From assembly GCF_009834535.1 (NCBI RefSeq), contig NC_045696.1, forward strand, positions 73,472,001 to 73,536,000: a DNA stretch of 64,000 nucleotides. The letters run 5' to 3'. Numbering within the stretch: position 1 is the first letter of the stretch; each line of letters begins with the position of its first letter. The notes below the pieces were generated by a model. It worked only from the letters and a program-made list of their open reading frames with translations, did no database searches and had not been told where the DNA came from. This DNA is from Camelus ferus (Eukaryota). Of this stretch, positions 44,501 through 57,199 are shown one piece after another. The position numbers were made by a program, and so were the translations under genes.

Positions 44501-44906
44501 AACCCCAAGCAAGTAACTCACCCACAGGAGCAGCATTCAGATCTGAAGTTCTAACACTGAAACTACCCCCCGAATTGAAGAGACTCCAGGTCTGCAAGAA
44601 AAGGGAACCCAAGTATGGAAACATGGGTAACTGCCTTATTGCTGACCTCGTGAATACAGACAGCACCATGACCTTGAGAATATCCGAAACGCAGCCTAGC
44701 CTCCAGCATCTGCCTTGGGACAAACCCACAGCAGCCTATTTGCCTACAAACCCAACCCATTACTCTCTGTGTTAGGCCTCTGAATTTCCATGTCTATTGC
44801 TTGGTAATCCAGCTCATGTTACTTGCTTTACATCTTTAATTTCATAACACATCAGACTCTCCTCTCTAGATTTCCTTTCTCCCCACCCCCTACAACACAC
44901 CCCAAA

Positions 44907-45026
44907 TTTTTTTGGCAGGGGTAATTAAGTTTACTTTTTTATTTTTAGAGGAGGTACTGGGGATTGAACTCAAGGCCTTGTGTATGCTAAGCATGCACTC
45001 TACAACTTGAGCTATATCCTCCCCCC
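44907..45026 (-). mobile_element. tRNA-derived SINE, resembling camelid Vic-1
   Basis: Minus strand GGGGGAGGATATAGCTCAAGTTGTAGAGTGCATGCTTAGCATACACAAGGCCTTGAGTTCAATCCCCAGTACCTCC (A and B boxes), then an AT-rich body ending TAATTACCCC and an A tail. Confidence 0.85.
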
Positions 45027-45454
45027 ATTAATTTCAATTTTTAACTTGAATACATTGCCACTTAAGTTTTTAACTTGATTACATTTCTGACTATTGCTCC
45101 AAGAATAGACAATCCCTTAGCCTGCCAGGCAACCTGCTTGCTCCATCAAAATGAATTAAGTGTCCCATTGGCAACACATGGCAATGAAACTCCATTGCTA
45201 ACTGGGCCTGTTCACCCACACACCCCTCATTTTCAACCTTGAAAGAAGAACTAAGACCAAGTCCCTGACCAAGTTTCAATTCTATTTTTGTAAGTAATCA
45301 GCTTTTCTGTGAGAGTTCTAAAATACAAAATTAATGCTGAGAAGACATCTTGATACTATTTCTATAGTTGGCTCATGAAAAATTTCCTCTAACAACCCCC
45401 AAACAAGAGTTCACTTGCCCTATCCTCTTTTACATACTCATTCAAAGTTAACAG

Positions 45455-46370
45455 ATCCAAAATTGAATTCAACTCTACCCTCAAAATACCACTCCTTCCC
45501 TGTCTTCTCTCACTAAACAGCACATATTTTTTCAAATTGCCTAGAACACTCTTGAGTCCTTCTAACGTCTTCCTTCCCTCCCATTGCTAGTACCCAGTCA
45601 CCACATTCTGTCAATTCTGTCTCCCACATCTCCCTCAAATCTATCCAGCTTCCTAATTTCAGGCACCATCATGTCTTCCTAAATGACTGTAAACCTCCTG
45701 ACCAGATTCTGCTTTCTATTTCTATCCCTGCTCCCACTTCACCTCACTATCATTATATAACTAAGGTCATCTTTCTAAAATGCAAATATGTCTCTGTCAC
45801 TCCTCTGTTAAAAATACTTCCATACCTCTCTATTACGCTTAGAATAAGTATCATCCTCCTTAGCAGGACCGACAAGCTGGTCATAATTCAGGCTTTACTT
45901 TTCTCTCCATCTGTATTTCTCCCCACTCCTCTCTTCTCACTGTACAACATTCCCTGAGTGAGTCATATTTTTTCACCTTTGGGACTTTGCACATGCTGTT
46001 CTGATTGCTGGAATATTCTCCCTGTCCTGCCATCTCTTCACCCGTCCAACACTGTTCAATATTCATATATCAGCCTGACCCCTTCTTCTTGTAGGGCATC
46101 TTCCCTAAACCATCCCCATACACCTCCAGGCCTGGCTGAATGAACTTCCTTTGTGTCCCTGTTGCACCACTAGATTAAAATTATTGAAGCACTTGTCCTA
46201 CTATTCTGTAATTATTCATAAAACCGGGAATTACTTGTAATTTTAATCACCTCTTACCTCTAATGAGCTAAGAAAACATTTCTTCCTCATTGCTTCATCC
46301 TAGCACTTAGAAGAGCATCTGTACCAAATAAGTGCTCAATTTTTTAAAAAGTTGATGAATAAATGGATGC
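45455..46370 (+). mobile_element. L2 LINE fossil with 3' tail
   Basis: CCAAAATTGAATTC...CACCATCATGTCTTCCTAAATGACTGTAAACCTCCTGACC...TTTGCACATGCTGTTC...TAAGTGCTCAAT...TGAATAAATG. Confidence 0.7.
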
Positions 46371-47846
46371 TGACAATTAACTCCTAGAGATTGCCTATAA
46401 TGATCATTAAAACTTGACTTTACTTCTGTAAGAGAAGTTGGACAGGGTCACAGTGGGTGGTTTGCTCCAAGCACAGCGTTTCACTACGGGCAGACTAACT
46501 AGCATGTTTACTCTTAGGAAGTAACTTCAGTTACTTCCTCTTCAGGTCCATGGAAGACATATTTCTTTGAGATAAGTCTAAGTTCAGGGCAGAGACAGTG
46601 CCTAGACTTGATGTTCTGGAGAATGTTGTCAGTTGCATAATCCTGGTGGAATGCTTCAAAAATTCACACTTCTGAATTTTTCCATCATTTCATAAAATCA
46701 GAAAAAAATGATTATACATTATTCTCTTCCCTACTTTAAAATGTATCCAGCCTGGAGAAATTAAAGAGCACCAATTCAGAAAACAATCTGGTTCTGCTAT
46801 GATATATTTTCTCTAAACTGCCCTATTTTATATGATGAGCTACTTAATGATACAACTCAGGAATATGCCTCCTAAAATACCAAAGAATACGGCACTGCTC
46901 CGAATTTTTGACAGTACCTGGGTGTGAAACATCAGCAATTTGTTCCCCAGCTCTGAAAGACTGAAGATCAGTAACTAAATCATGTAAGGGCTTATCAAGT
47001 AATTATGCTATTAAAATGACATAAATCAGTCAGTGCATATCTTGCCTTTGTCTTGGTTCTTTGTCTTCTCCATTTTACCAGTCAAAGCACTATTTTCATC
47101 ACCATTCTCAGGAATTAAGAAAGCTGTATTTAAATAATGTTAATAGGAGTGACATAGACCAGCACGAAGGAATCACAGAAGTCTAAGGCTACACCCCCTT
47201 GCACTTAGTAAGGAAAAATAGACAGTAGCAGCCTGAACTTGGAATTCCAAGGCTTTTGTTTCAGAGTTGCAACCTTTATACTTTCCAAATCATTTTTCCC
47301 TTATCACTGCAACTTTTTACTCTTGTTATAAATATGATGATTAAAATTTATCAAGAAGAAAAATAGTCATGAAAGTAAAAAATACATTTATGGAGCCAAA
47401 TAAAGGCTAATGTATTTTTCATCATTAATTAGAATTGTGGAAGGGAGTTTTTATTCTTTCAAGTTTAATTGAGAAATATTTAAAATTCTGAATTTGAGTT
47501 TGTGGAGGTTTGAAGGAAATGACCTTCAAAATAACCAAAGAAATTATTTCCAAAAAGTCACTTATTTGGATTTTCTGACTGCAGTGATAAGTTGCAAATT
47601 AGATTTAGGGGAATTCAGTGTGTGTAGGGGGTGGGGAGGGGACGAATAACACCGACTAGAAGTCAGTCCTTCAGGGAAGAGGGCCCCACCCAAAATCAGA
47701 AAGCCATTTACTGGCCATTTAAAACCAACTGAAATGTCAAGACACTTTTTAAGACAGCTATTAGAAATGCAAACAGAAAGCTATCTCTGACTCTCATTAG
47801 CAGAATAACAAAATGATGCACACTCTAGAAGCTATTTTCGTAGTTC

Positions 47847-47880
47847 AAAAAAAAAAAAAAAAAAGAAGAAGAAGAAGAAG
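47847..47880. repeat. polyA-(GAA)n simple repeat
   Basis: A-run followed by GAAGAAGAAGAAGAAG. Confidence 0.85.
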
Positions 47881-49334
47881 CCCACCTTGCTTCAAAAGTA
47901 TTTCAAAGATGATCTACTAGCCTAGGGATACAGTTACTGCCAGGAAAGATGAGGATCACAGACGGAAGAACATTCAATTTGTCCACGAGGAAGTCATTAG
48001 AACTTCTTGGGTAAGTACAATTTCAGTGTAGAGGATTGTGAGAAAGTAGCTGAGAGAAGGTCAGGAAGAAAGTCAGAGGTGAGAAAGTGATTCAAACATC
48101 TGATGGGTTTGGAATAGATTGAAGGAAAGGTTTTTAGTTGAAGAATGAAGAAAAGTTAATGGATTTTGGGGGGCAGTAAAAAGAGTAAAAGAGAATTAAA
48201 GTTAAAAGATAAAGGAGAGTTTCAAAGAAAAGCTATAGGAAGAGAATACCATACAGAGAATTTTACTCATCCCAAAGTTCTAACAAAGAGAAAAGTAGGA
48301 ATATGAAGGCACAAACAAGAGGAAAGATAGAAACAAGATAGAAAATGAAGGCAGCAAGGGGGAGTAAAGAAAAACAATGAAGAGTAGGATGAAGAGAGAA
48401 TATTCTGGAGAACTTGGATAATAATGTCTTAAATGAGCACCTGAAAAAAAAGTAAGAATAAAAACCATAAAGTTTTAAGAGGGAGTTGGAGGAAACTATA
48501 AAAGGTCTTGGGCTAAAGTTAAAAAACAAACAGAACAGAAGTGTGCTGTTGACAAGATTACAACAAAAGCTGCAAGAGCGAAGAGCAAACTTCTACTGAA
48601 GGGGTTTGTCCAAAAGATGCACCACCACCATCACCTACAAACGGCGAAACAAAATGAAAACAGGAGGATAAAATAATGACAATCCAAGGCTAGGATTAGG
48701 CAAAGCAAATAGGAAGATAAGAGAACAAGAAATTTCAGGCAAGAAAAGTGGAGCTCTTCACGTGATGAGCAGAGGTAAGTGATCAAGGGAATGGAGACTG
48801 CACTCCGGGCAGAGAGAAGCAGGATTAAATTTCCCTGAAACATACAGTCATTGAGTTCAGCTTACTTTGGGTAAAATCATTTCCAAATAAGAGGGAGTTT
48901 AACCATAACCTGTAAGACTTTTCTTTCCTATAGGTTAAAATAGCTTGATACGTAGGACACGGTTGGCCAATATTCCTGTATACTACTTCCCATGATGGTG
49001 TATAATTTCACCTAGTGTTTATAACAAACTCACCATGTACCTCCAGCTTGAACAAAGATGACAGGCAATTTCCCTCCCACTGCCATTAGCATCCACTCAC
49101 CTTTCTGGTTTATACCTGCTCAACTCTAAGACTACCTCCAAGGATTTTCAAAATGTTCCATAATTCATCACCTGAGTGTTAAATGATGAAGCTTAACCTG
49201 GAGCGCTTCCCTAATACATAGACAGCCAATCTACTTTTATCACAAGCTTCTGACAGTCTACTGCTTCCTTTTGTCATTTTGTGAAGATGCTGACACCACT
49301 TAAAAGACATTTCATCACAGTTCTAGGACTTCAC

Positions 49335-49560
49335 AGGCAGAGAGGTGAAAAGAACATGGACTTTGCACAGATTGAATTCAAATCCCAGCTCTATGATACT
49401 GGGAAAGTTTCCTATCCTCTCTGAGCCTCAGTTTCATCATCTATAATTTGGGATAATAATATTTACATCTTGGTTATTATAAATGTGATAGTGTGTAAAA
49501 TATAGTTTAAAAATTGCTTGGTTCAGAGTAGGCATTCCTAAATTACAATTATTACTGTTA
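49335..49560 (+). mobile_element. MIR SINE
   Basis: TTCAAATCCCAGCTCT...CTCTCTGAGCCTCAGTTTCATCATCTATAATTTGGGATAATAAT. Confidence 0.8.
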
Positions 49561-50779
49561 TTCACATTTCTAAGGCATAAGAAGGTCATCTAGCTATAAA
49601 TTGTCTTGTTCTGGGTCACTCCACGAAATTGTTAACCTTTCCTGAAGCCAACATAATATATTAGAGGCATTCTGTAGAAACAGTTATGGCTTATTTTTTG
49701 GAACACACTTCAATTTTCAAAGTTTAATATTAATATTAATTGATAGTGTAAAATCAGGTCTCCTTTATATTAAGTTTAGGCTATTTATTTCATTTCTTTC
49801 TCTGTTCTTACCACAGCTTTCTAATAGACTATAAATATTATTTTAATATGCTATGCCTTGAAAGTATTAAAAATGATTAAATGTTGAACATATTGGACCA
49901 CCTATTTTGATGACAGTCTTTCAATCAACTGGTGAGTATAATTCAATGCTTGTTTGCAAAAAAATCAAACATATAAATATACATTTAATATATATATCAG
50001 TATATATATGATATCTGCTATATTATATATGTTTATTATTAAATATAAAATATATAATATTTTAACCACTTTCTCACATACTATTAGCATGCTTAAATGT
50101 CATTTAAACACTTGTGTTTATTTTTTTCCCTTTTTCCCTATTACAGTTAGACTGCACAAACACATTATATTCCATGTAAATACACATATATAGTATACTG
50201 CAAATTTTCTTAGTTTACATGTACATGTAATTATTATTTGTATAATGTACTAATTATTTAAACATCTGTATTTAGAATAAAAACCCTATCCTCTCAGAAG
50301 TTCAGACATTTTATTTCTGGCTTTGTTCATGTTTTACAGAAAGAGGCAGCATATCAAATTTCCCATCATTCATGGCTTCAAGGGGATGAATGATTTAGAT
50401 TCTTGCCTAAGAGCAAGAGGAGCCTGGGGAAGCTCAAGCAAGTGGAGAAAAGGCACCAACAAAGGGGCCAGAGACTTTGGACTCAGGAACCACCCCAGAC
50501 ACATGCCCCCAACTTCACAATTTCACTAAGAACCACCTCTGTTAACAAGGCATTTATGGCTTTTGATAAGCAGGAATAGCCTCTCCTTCCCCCATGCTTT
50601 GGTAACAGTTGCCATCTCTGTTGTTATCACATTTGTCACTTATATGTGACAACTGTCTCCTCAGGAGACAAACTGAGCTGCTGAATGGCAGGAGCCACAT
50701 TGTTTTCTTGGAGAAGATGTTCAATATACTTTTATGGAATGAATACTTAGCACCAACAAGAACTGACTGCTGGGTAGCC

Positions 50780-52120
50780 AGCAACCTCCTTTTTGCCAAA
50801 CACAGTCGCCTTTTCTCATACTCTACGGTATCTGACACATAGACTCCTGAAATCATTTCCTCCCTTACTTTTTGTGGCACTGTCCTACCCAGGTTCTCTT
50901 CATCTTGTCTGCCATTGATCCCTTGTGTCCTTTAGCTGCTTCCTCTACCATCTCCCATTCCCTAACTTAAAGAACTGACAAGCATGTGTGCCTCTCTGCC
51001 CTAGGAAACAGCTTCTGTTAGACCAACTCGACTTCAACAATCCCTTTATGCTTATGACTCTGCAATTTACACCTTTAGCCCTAATCTCCACACCAAGCTC
51101 CAGAATGTCTTCATTCTAGGACACCTGTTTTCAAATTCACCATAGCCCCAAACAAAACTCATTATGTTTTCTTCAATAGAGCCTCCTTATTTTTTGACAA
51201 TGGCATCACAGTTTTCTCCAGCATTTTCCAGAGTATCTGTTGTATATTCATACTCTCATATAAGAAAGAAATATATATTCAGTTAAATTGGAGGAATAAT
51301 GAGTTAAATATAATTTCAAAGGTTTCTTTTCTGCAGGACTTCTCAGAGCCTTTTCTATGTAATGTGTTTTGTGAGTCTCCATAATGAGGATTGAGCATAT
51401 ACTGTTTGCAAATATATTTGATTATGGGAGTCTTTGAGACTATGGGAGTCTCAAGAAGGATCAGCCTCACCAAAACATACATAACAAAGCCTTATCCCAG
51501 TCACCCTTGACTCTTCCTTCTCTTTTATGTTATTTTCTGTGTCTAAATAGTTACCAAATACTAATAATTCTTTTGCAATATCTTTCCTTTCCATTCCTGA
51601 CATTCATACACTATTTAACTCCTCTAATCTAAGCTTCTAACACTTCACACCTAGATAACAGCCTTTCTGTTGATTCCTTTTCTCAACCACCAGACGAAAC
51701 CTACTAAACCATCATTTTTATTATGTGGTTTTCTTGTTTTTAAATACAATAAAACAAAACAAACAGAAACTTCCCATTGTTCCCAGGATCAAGTCAAACT
51801 CAAAACCTGGAACTTGTCATTCCTATTCACAGGCTTATTCACAGCCTTATTCCTTCCATGCCTCTGAGTCCTGCATCTACCAGACTGGTCCTGCCATAGT
51901 CATTAAACATGGCATGCTCCTTCTCAACCCCTTTTCTTTGCTCACTCACCCTCATCCCACCTAAACTGAAATATCTTTCCCCTTGGTAGGCAGTTAACAT
52001 GCATAGGGGATGGCAAATATGAGGAATGGAAGCTACAGCTCTCCCCTCTGTGCCCCTGGCAAATTTACTCATTAATCACAACTCTTTCTGACCTTAGTCT
52101 CTACCTCAGAACCTCTCTGA
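50780..52120 (+). mobile_element. L2 LINE fragments
   Basis: CAGCAACCTCCTTTTTGCCAAA...CAAGCTCCAGA...CCAAACAAAACTCATTA...CTTCACACCTAGATAACAGCC; pyrimidine-rich L2 pattern. Confidence 0.55.
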
Positions 52121-53074
52121 ATGCAGTGCTTTAGGAAGCTACTACTGACAAACGTACTGGAGTTTATACACAAAACAAAACAGAAAAAGAAATAAATAAT
52201 GGGCTTCCCAGTCACAGAGACCAATTTCTCATTTTATTGTCTGTGTGACTTTGGACTTCTGACCTCTATGAACTTCATAATCTTCACCTCTGAAGTGGGG
52301 ATGATGCTCTGTTCAGCAGTTTGTTGCAAAGTCAAAGGAGTTTATATGTAAAAGAGCCCAGTAAAGAAGTACAGAGTAGATGACAGATGAACATCTCTCC
52401 TCCTCTCCCTTCTTGTTCTCTACATGTCTCAGTATTCCACACCTTTCTCCAGGCCTTCTTGGTCAGACTGGCTCCTACTGACAAGCCTCTTCTTTCACTC
52501 CTTGGACCATCTGCATTTTCATCCTGGACACTCAATCTAGCTGTGTTCTCCAATTATGTTGAATTAGCTTTCCTTAGACCCCTGACCTCACAAGTCCTTG
52601 ACCTGTCATCTCCAGGGACACCCAGCTCCATGACACTGGTCAGTTCCTAATGTAGCCCTATCTCACACTCCAACATGGTTCCCATCCCTTCTGGAAGTGC
52701 TCTATCTCCAAACATCTGCCTGTTGGCGTTTGATCCTTGACTTCCAAGACTGTGTCCTGCTCTCGTAAGCCTGAATCCCCCTAATCCTCCTGATTTTTTG
52801 AGTTCATCACCCTCCTTCTGTCTTCCTTTGCCTTCCTGCCAAGTCTCAGTGACCCTGGATATTCATTCAGTGACGCACAAATCATAAACCTAAAATTCTC
52901 TGCCACTGTATTTTCTGCCATTTCCTCCACACCAAGTACCAGACCACCAAGTACCAGACCACGAAGGGCCATCTGTGCTGCGGAGCGTTGCTTTGTGATT
53001 TGAGGCCTGGAGATTCTGTATTTTTCAGGGAACCCTGTCCAATCATTCTCTACTAACTACTTCTGTCCTTAAGC

Positions 53075-53275
53075 AGCAGTCTCAGAATGGTATATTTAAA
53101 AAATACACACACACAGAGAGTCTTTTAAAATGCAGATTCCTGGGCCCCACTCTCAATTATTCTGATTGAGCTGGACTAGTGTAAAACCCAGTAATCTATA
53201 TTTTTCTTTTTAACCATTTTTTTGAAGTACAGTCAGTTTACACTGTTGCAGGAATCTATATTCTAAGAATTACCC
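53075..53275. mobile_element. MER5-like fragment containing an ultra-short antisense L1 3' end
   Basis: TTAAAATGCAGATTCCTGGGCCCCAC...AATCTATATT. Insert TTTTTTTGAAGTACAGTCAGTTTACACTGTTG flanked by duplicated AATCTATATT (53193-53202, 53253-53262). Confidence 0.65.
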
Positions 53276-53279
53276 AAAA

Positions 53280-53920
53280 TAGGAGTGACTGAACTACTGC
53301 CTGTAGGCCAAATGTGGTTCACTGCTTATTTTTGTACTACTATCATATACTAAGAATGGTTTTAAATTTTTAAGTGATTGAAAGGAACATCAAAGAGGAA
53401 GATTTCATGACATATAAATATTAACATTTCCGTGTCCATTATTTTTCTCTTTTAAGGGCTTTATTTTTCTAGTACAGTTCTAGGTTCACATCAAAATAGA
53501 GAGGAAGATACAGAGATTTCCCATATAGCCCTTGCCCTCACACATGCACAGCCTTCCCCATTATCAACATCACTCATCAGAGTGAGACACTTCCTACAAC
53601 TGAAAAATCTACATTGACACATCATTATCACTCAAAGTCAACTGTTTACATTATGGTTCACTCTTGATATTGTTCATTCTGTGTCCGGACAAATATATAA
53701 TGACATTCTCCATCATTATAATATCATACGGAATATTTTCACTGTCCCACATTAATAAAGACCTGTTATAACACAGCTACACTCATTTGTTTGTGCATTA
53801 CCTATGGCTGCTTTCATGATACAACAGCTAAGTTAAGTAGCTGCAACAGAGACCACATGGCCCACAGAGTCTAAAATATTTACAGTCTGGCACTTTACAG
53901 AAAAAGTTTGCTGATCCCTG
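53280..53920. mobile_element. MER58-like hAT fossil interrupted by an antisense L1MB-type 3' fragment (~53450-53745)
   Basis: AACTACTGCCTGTAGGCCAAATGTGG...GCAACAGAGACCACATGGCCCACAGAGTCTAAAATATTTAC..TCTGGCACTTTACAGAAAAAGTTTGCTGATCCCTG. Insert includes CAGTTCTAGGTTCACA...ACAGAGATTTCCCATATA. Confidence 0.8.
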
Positions 53921-55101
53921 ACTTAGAAGATCCTATTGCAGTATCAGAGACCTTGAGATATCCTTGTGTAACAAGGTTCACTGAAATCCCATGCTCCCTG
54001 AACTTCACTTCTTTTCCTCAGCTCTTAATGATACACTAACTTCCTAGAGTTGCTGTTTCAAGTCTTCTTCACTTAACTTCACTCCTTTTGCTCCAACTGG
54101 ACCTCCTCACTCTCCGCAGATACCTCACCTCTCATTTTACAAAGAACATCAAGCCTGTTCAATAACGATTCTTCCAAGTTATTTCCCTTACTTCCTCTAC
54201 CCCTATGTGAAACTAAAACTATTCCAAACAAACAAACAAACTCACAAGGCCTAGTGGTATCTTTAGTATCTGATGGGCCTGTGTTCAAATCCCAGCTCTG
54301 CAGTTACTTGGTTGTGACCCTCGGAAAGGCCTCAAGCTTCGGCTTTTATCATGTATAAATCTGGCTGATGATGCCTAGCTCAGAGCTCCGTTGTGAAGGT
54401 GAAGTGAAACATGTGCTTGGCATATAGCAGAAACTCAGTAATGCTTTCTTCATTCTGCATGACTCCAAATTATTAATAGGTCACATTTATTGAAAACCTA
54501 CCATGTGTCAGATATTTTATACTCATTATCTCATTAAATTCTGACAGAAACACAAAGACAGAAGTTAAATCATACTGCCTACCCAAGTTTTCTTCATCAA
54601 TTATCCACCTTTTTCTTTTAGTTCTCACCCCTGTTGACTCTATATGTATAACTATATGCAAAGAGAAATAAACATGCTCAGTTTTCCTCTCAGCCTTGCC
54701 ACAATCTCTTATCAAAGTCTTCTCTCGTCTTCCCTGCAACAATAAAAAAGAAATCCCATTCATTCCTTAACCCCTCGCAACTTGGTTTCTACTTTTTTGA
54801 TCAATCTAGTAAAACGACTGTTCCCAATTGGTAACAAATGGTTCCCAAGAATACAAATGATTATTAGCTGTCAAAAATCAATGGCATTTTCTTGCTACTT
54901 ATTCTGCCTTAGGGTAAATAACATTCTAACCTCCAAAGATTAAACAATCAAGTAAACAAAATTCTCCTTGGCTGTCCTAACTCGCCCTGGTGGTTTCTTT
55001 TGCTTTTCTGATCATTTCTTTTTAGTCAACTACACTGCTTCTAATCTTCTTTCTCATCCCTTCCTCCCATTCTCTGCACTCTTTTCCTCCCTCTACAGTT
55101 G

Positions 55102-55289
55102 TACCGTTGACCCTGGAACAACTGGGGAGGGTGTTAATCCTCTGTAATTTCTATTTGGCCCTCCATATCTGTGGTTCTTCCACATCTGCAAATTCAAACA
55201 ACTAGTACTGTGGTATTTACTACTGAAAAATAACTGCAGATAAGTGGACTTGTGCAGTTCAAATGTGCTCTGTTCAAGGGTCAACTGTA
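55102..55289. mobile_element. Tigger1-like internally deleted element
   Basis: TIRs TA-CCGTTGACCCTGGAACAAC ... CTGTTCAAGGGTCAACTG-TA. Confidence 0.85.
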
Positions 55290-55470
55290 CTTTCTATGAC
55301 CATGGCTTCAACTACCTATATTATGCAAATCAAAATTAGCTGTGTGTAGCCCTAATATTACTTAAAAAAAATTTTATCCTTTTTTCAAACCATAGGCTAA
55401 ATGTCTGTTCATATTTCAAACTCAATCAAGGGCAAAACCAAAGCTCCCACAAAATTAAGTTTTTCTTGAC

Positions 55471-57176
55471 ACAAACAGATGAAAAGATATACCTTATTCT
55501 TGGACTGGAAGAACTAATATTGTCAAAGTGACCATACTACCCAAGGCAATCTATAGATTCAATGCAATCCCTATCAAAATACCAATAGCACTTTTCACAC
55601 AACTAAAACAAATAATTTTAAAATTTGTATGGAAACACAAAAGACCCTGAATAGCCAAAACAATTTTGAGGAAGAACAACAAAGCTGGAGGAATCACGTT
55701 CCCTTACTTCAGATTATACTACAAAGCTACAGTAATCAAAATTGTATGGTACTGGCACAAAAACAGATACATATATCAATGGAACAGGATAGAAAGTCCA
55801 GAAATAAACCTGCTCATTTATGGTCAATTAATCTACAACAAAGGAAGCAAGAATATACACTGGAGAAAAGAGTCTCTTCAGTAAGTGGTGCTGGGAAAAC
55901 TGTGCGGCTACTTTAAAAAAATGAAATTAGAACATTCTCTAACACAGTATACAAAAATAAATTCAAAATGGACTAAAGACCTGAATATAAGACTGGATAC
56001 TATAAAACTCCTAGAGAAGAACACAGGCAGAACACTCTTTGATATACATCACAGCAATGTTTTGGTTTTTTTTTTTTGATCTGTCTCTTAAAGCAAAGGA
56101 AACAAAAGTAAAAATAACAAATGAGACCTAATTAAACTTAAAAGCTTCTGTACAGCAAAGGAAACCATCAACAAAATGAAAGGACAACCTATTAAATGGG
56201 AGAAGATGTTTGCAAATGATATGACCAATAAAGGGTTAATATTCAACAATATAAACAGCAACTTGACATCAGAAAAACAAACAATTCAATTGAAAAGTGG
56301 GAAGAACTGAATAGACATTTTTCCAAAGAGGATATGCAGATGGCCAACAGGCATATGAAAAGATGTTCAACATTGCTAATCATCCGGGAAATGCAAATCA
56401 AAACCACAATGAGATTATCACCTCACACCTGTCAGAATAGCTATCATCCAAAAAAAAAAAAAAAAAAAAAGCCACAAATAACAAAAGTTGATGAGAATGT
56501 AGAGAAAAGGGAACCCTCCTACACTGTTGGTGGGAATATAAATTGGTACAGCCACTGTGGAAAACAGTATGGAGATTTCTAAAAAAACTAAAAATAGAAC
56601 TACCATATGACCCAGCAATTCTACTCCTGACTATATATTTGGAAAAAAATGAAACCACTAATTCGAAAAGATACATGCACTCCAATGTTCATAGCAGCAT
56701 TATTTACAAAGTACGGAAGCAACCTAAGTGTTTATCAACAGATGAATGGATAAAGAAGATGTGGGGTGTGTGTGTGTGTGTGTGTATAAAATACACATAC
56801 AATGGAATACTACTCAATCATAAAAAAGAATGAAATTTTGCCACCTGCCGCAACATGGATGGACTTGGAGGGCATTATGCTAAGTGAAATAAGCCAGATA
56901 GAGAAAGACAAATGCTGTGTGATATCATTTGTATGCAGAACCTAAAAAATGCAACAAACTAGTGAATACAACAAAAAAACAGACTCATAGATATAGAGAA
57001 TAAACTAGTGGTTACCAATGGGGAGAGGGAGGGTGGAGGGGAAATATTTAGGATAAAAAAAAAAGGGGTTATTATGGGATTATATGAAATCATGTGTGTG
57101 AAACTTCTGAGAACTGTAAAGCACTATAGACTTTAAAGAATCTTTCATTCAATAAAAAAAGAAAAAAGAAAAAAAA
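55471..57176 (+). mobile_element. 5'-truncated LINE-1 (ORF2 C-terminal region + atypical 3' end)
   Basis: Peptides [83 protein letters not shown]. PolyA at 57151-57176; degenerate TSD TAAGT(C)TTT..CTTGAC at ~55456-55470 and ~57179-57194. Confidence 0.96.
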
Positions 57177-57199
57177 TGTAAGTCTTTCTCTTGACTTCT

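Noticed and set aside
44950..45026. tRNA gene
   Set aside because: The tRNA-like head is followed by a SINE body and A tail, and the stems are degenerate.
52931..52960. 15-bp tandem duplication ACCAAGTACCAGACC x2
   Set aside because: Ordinary slippage duplication with no larger array.
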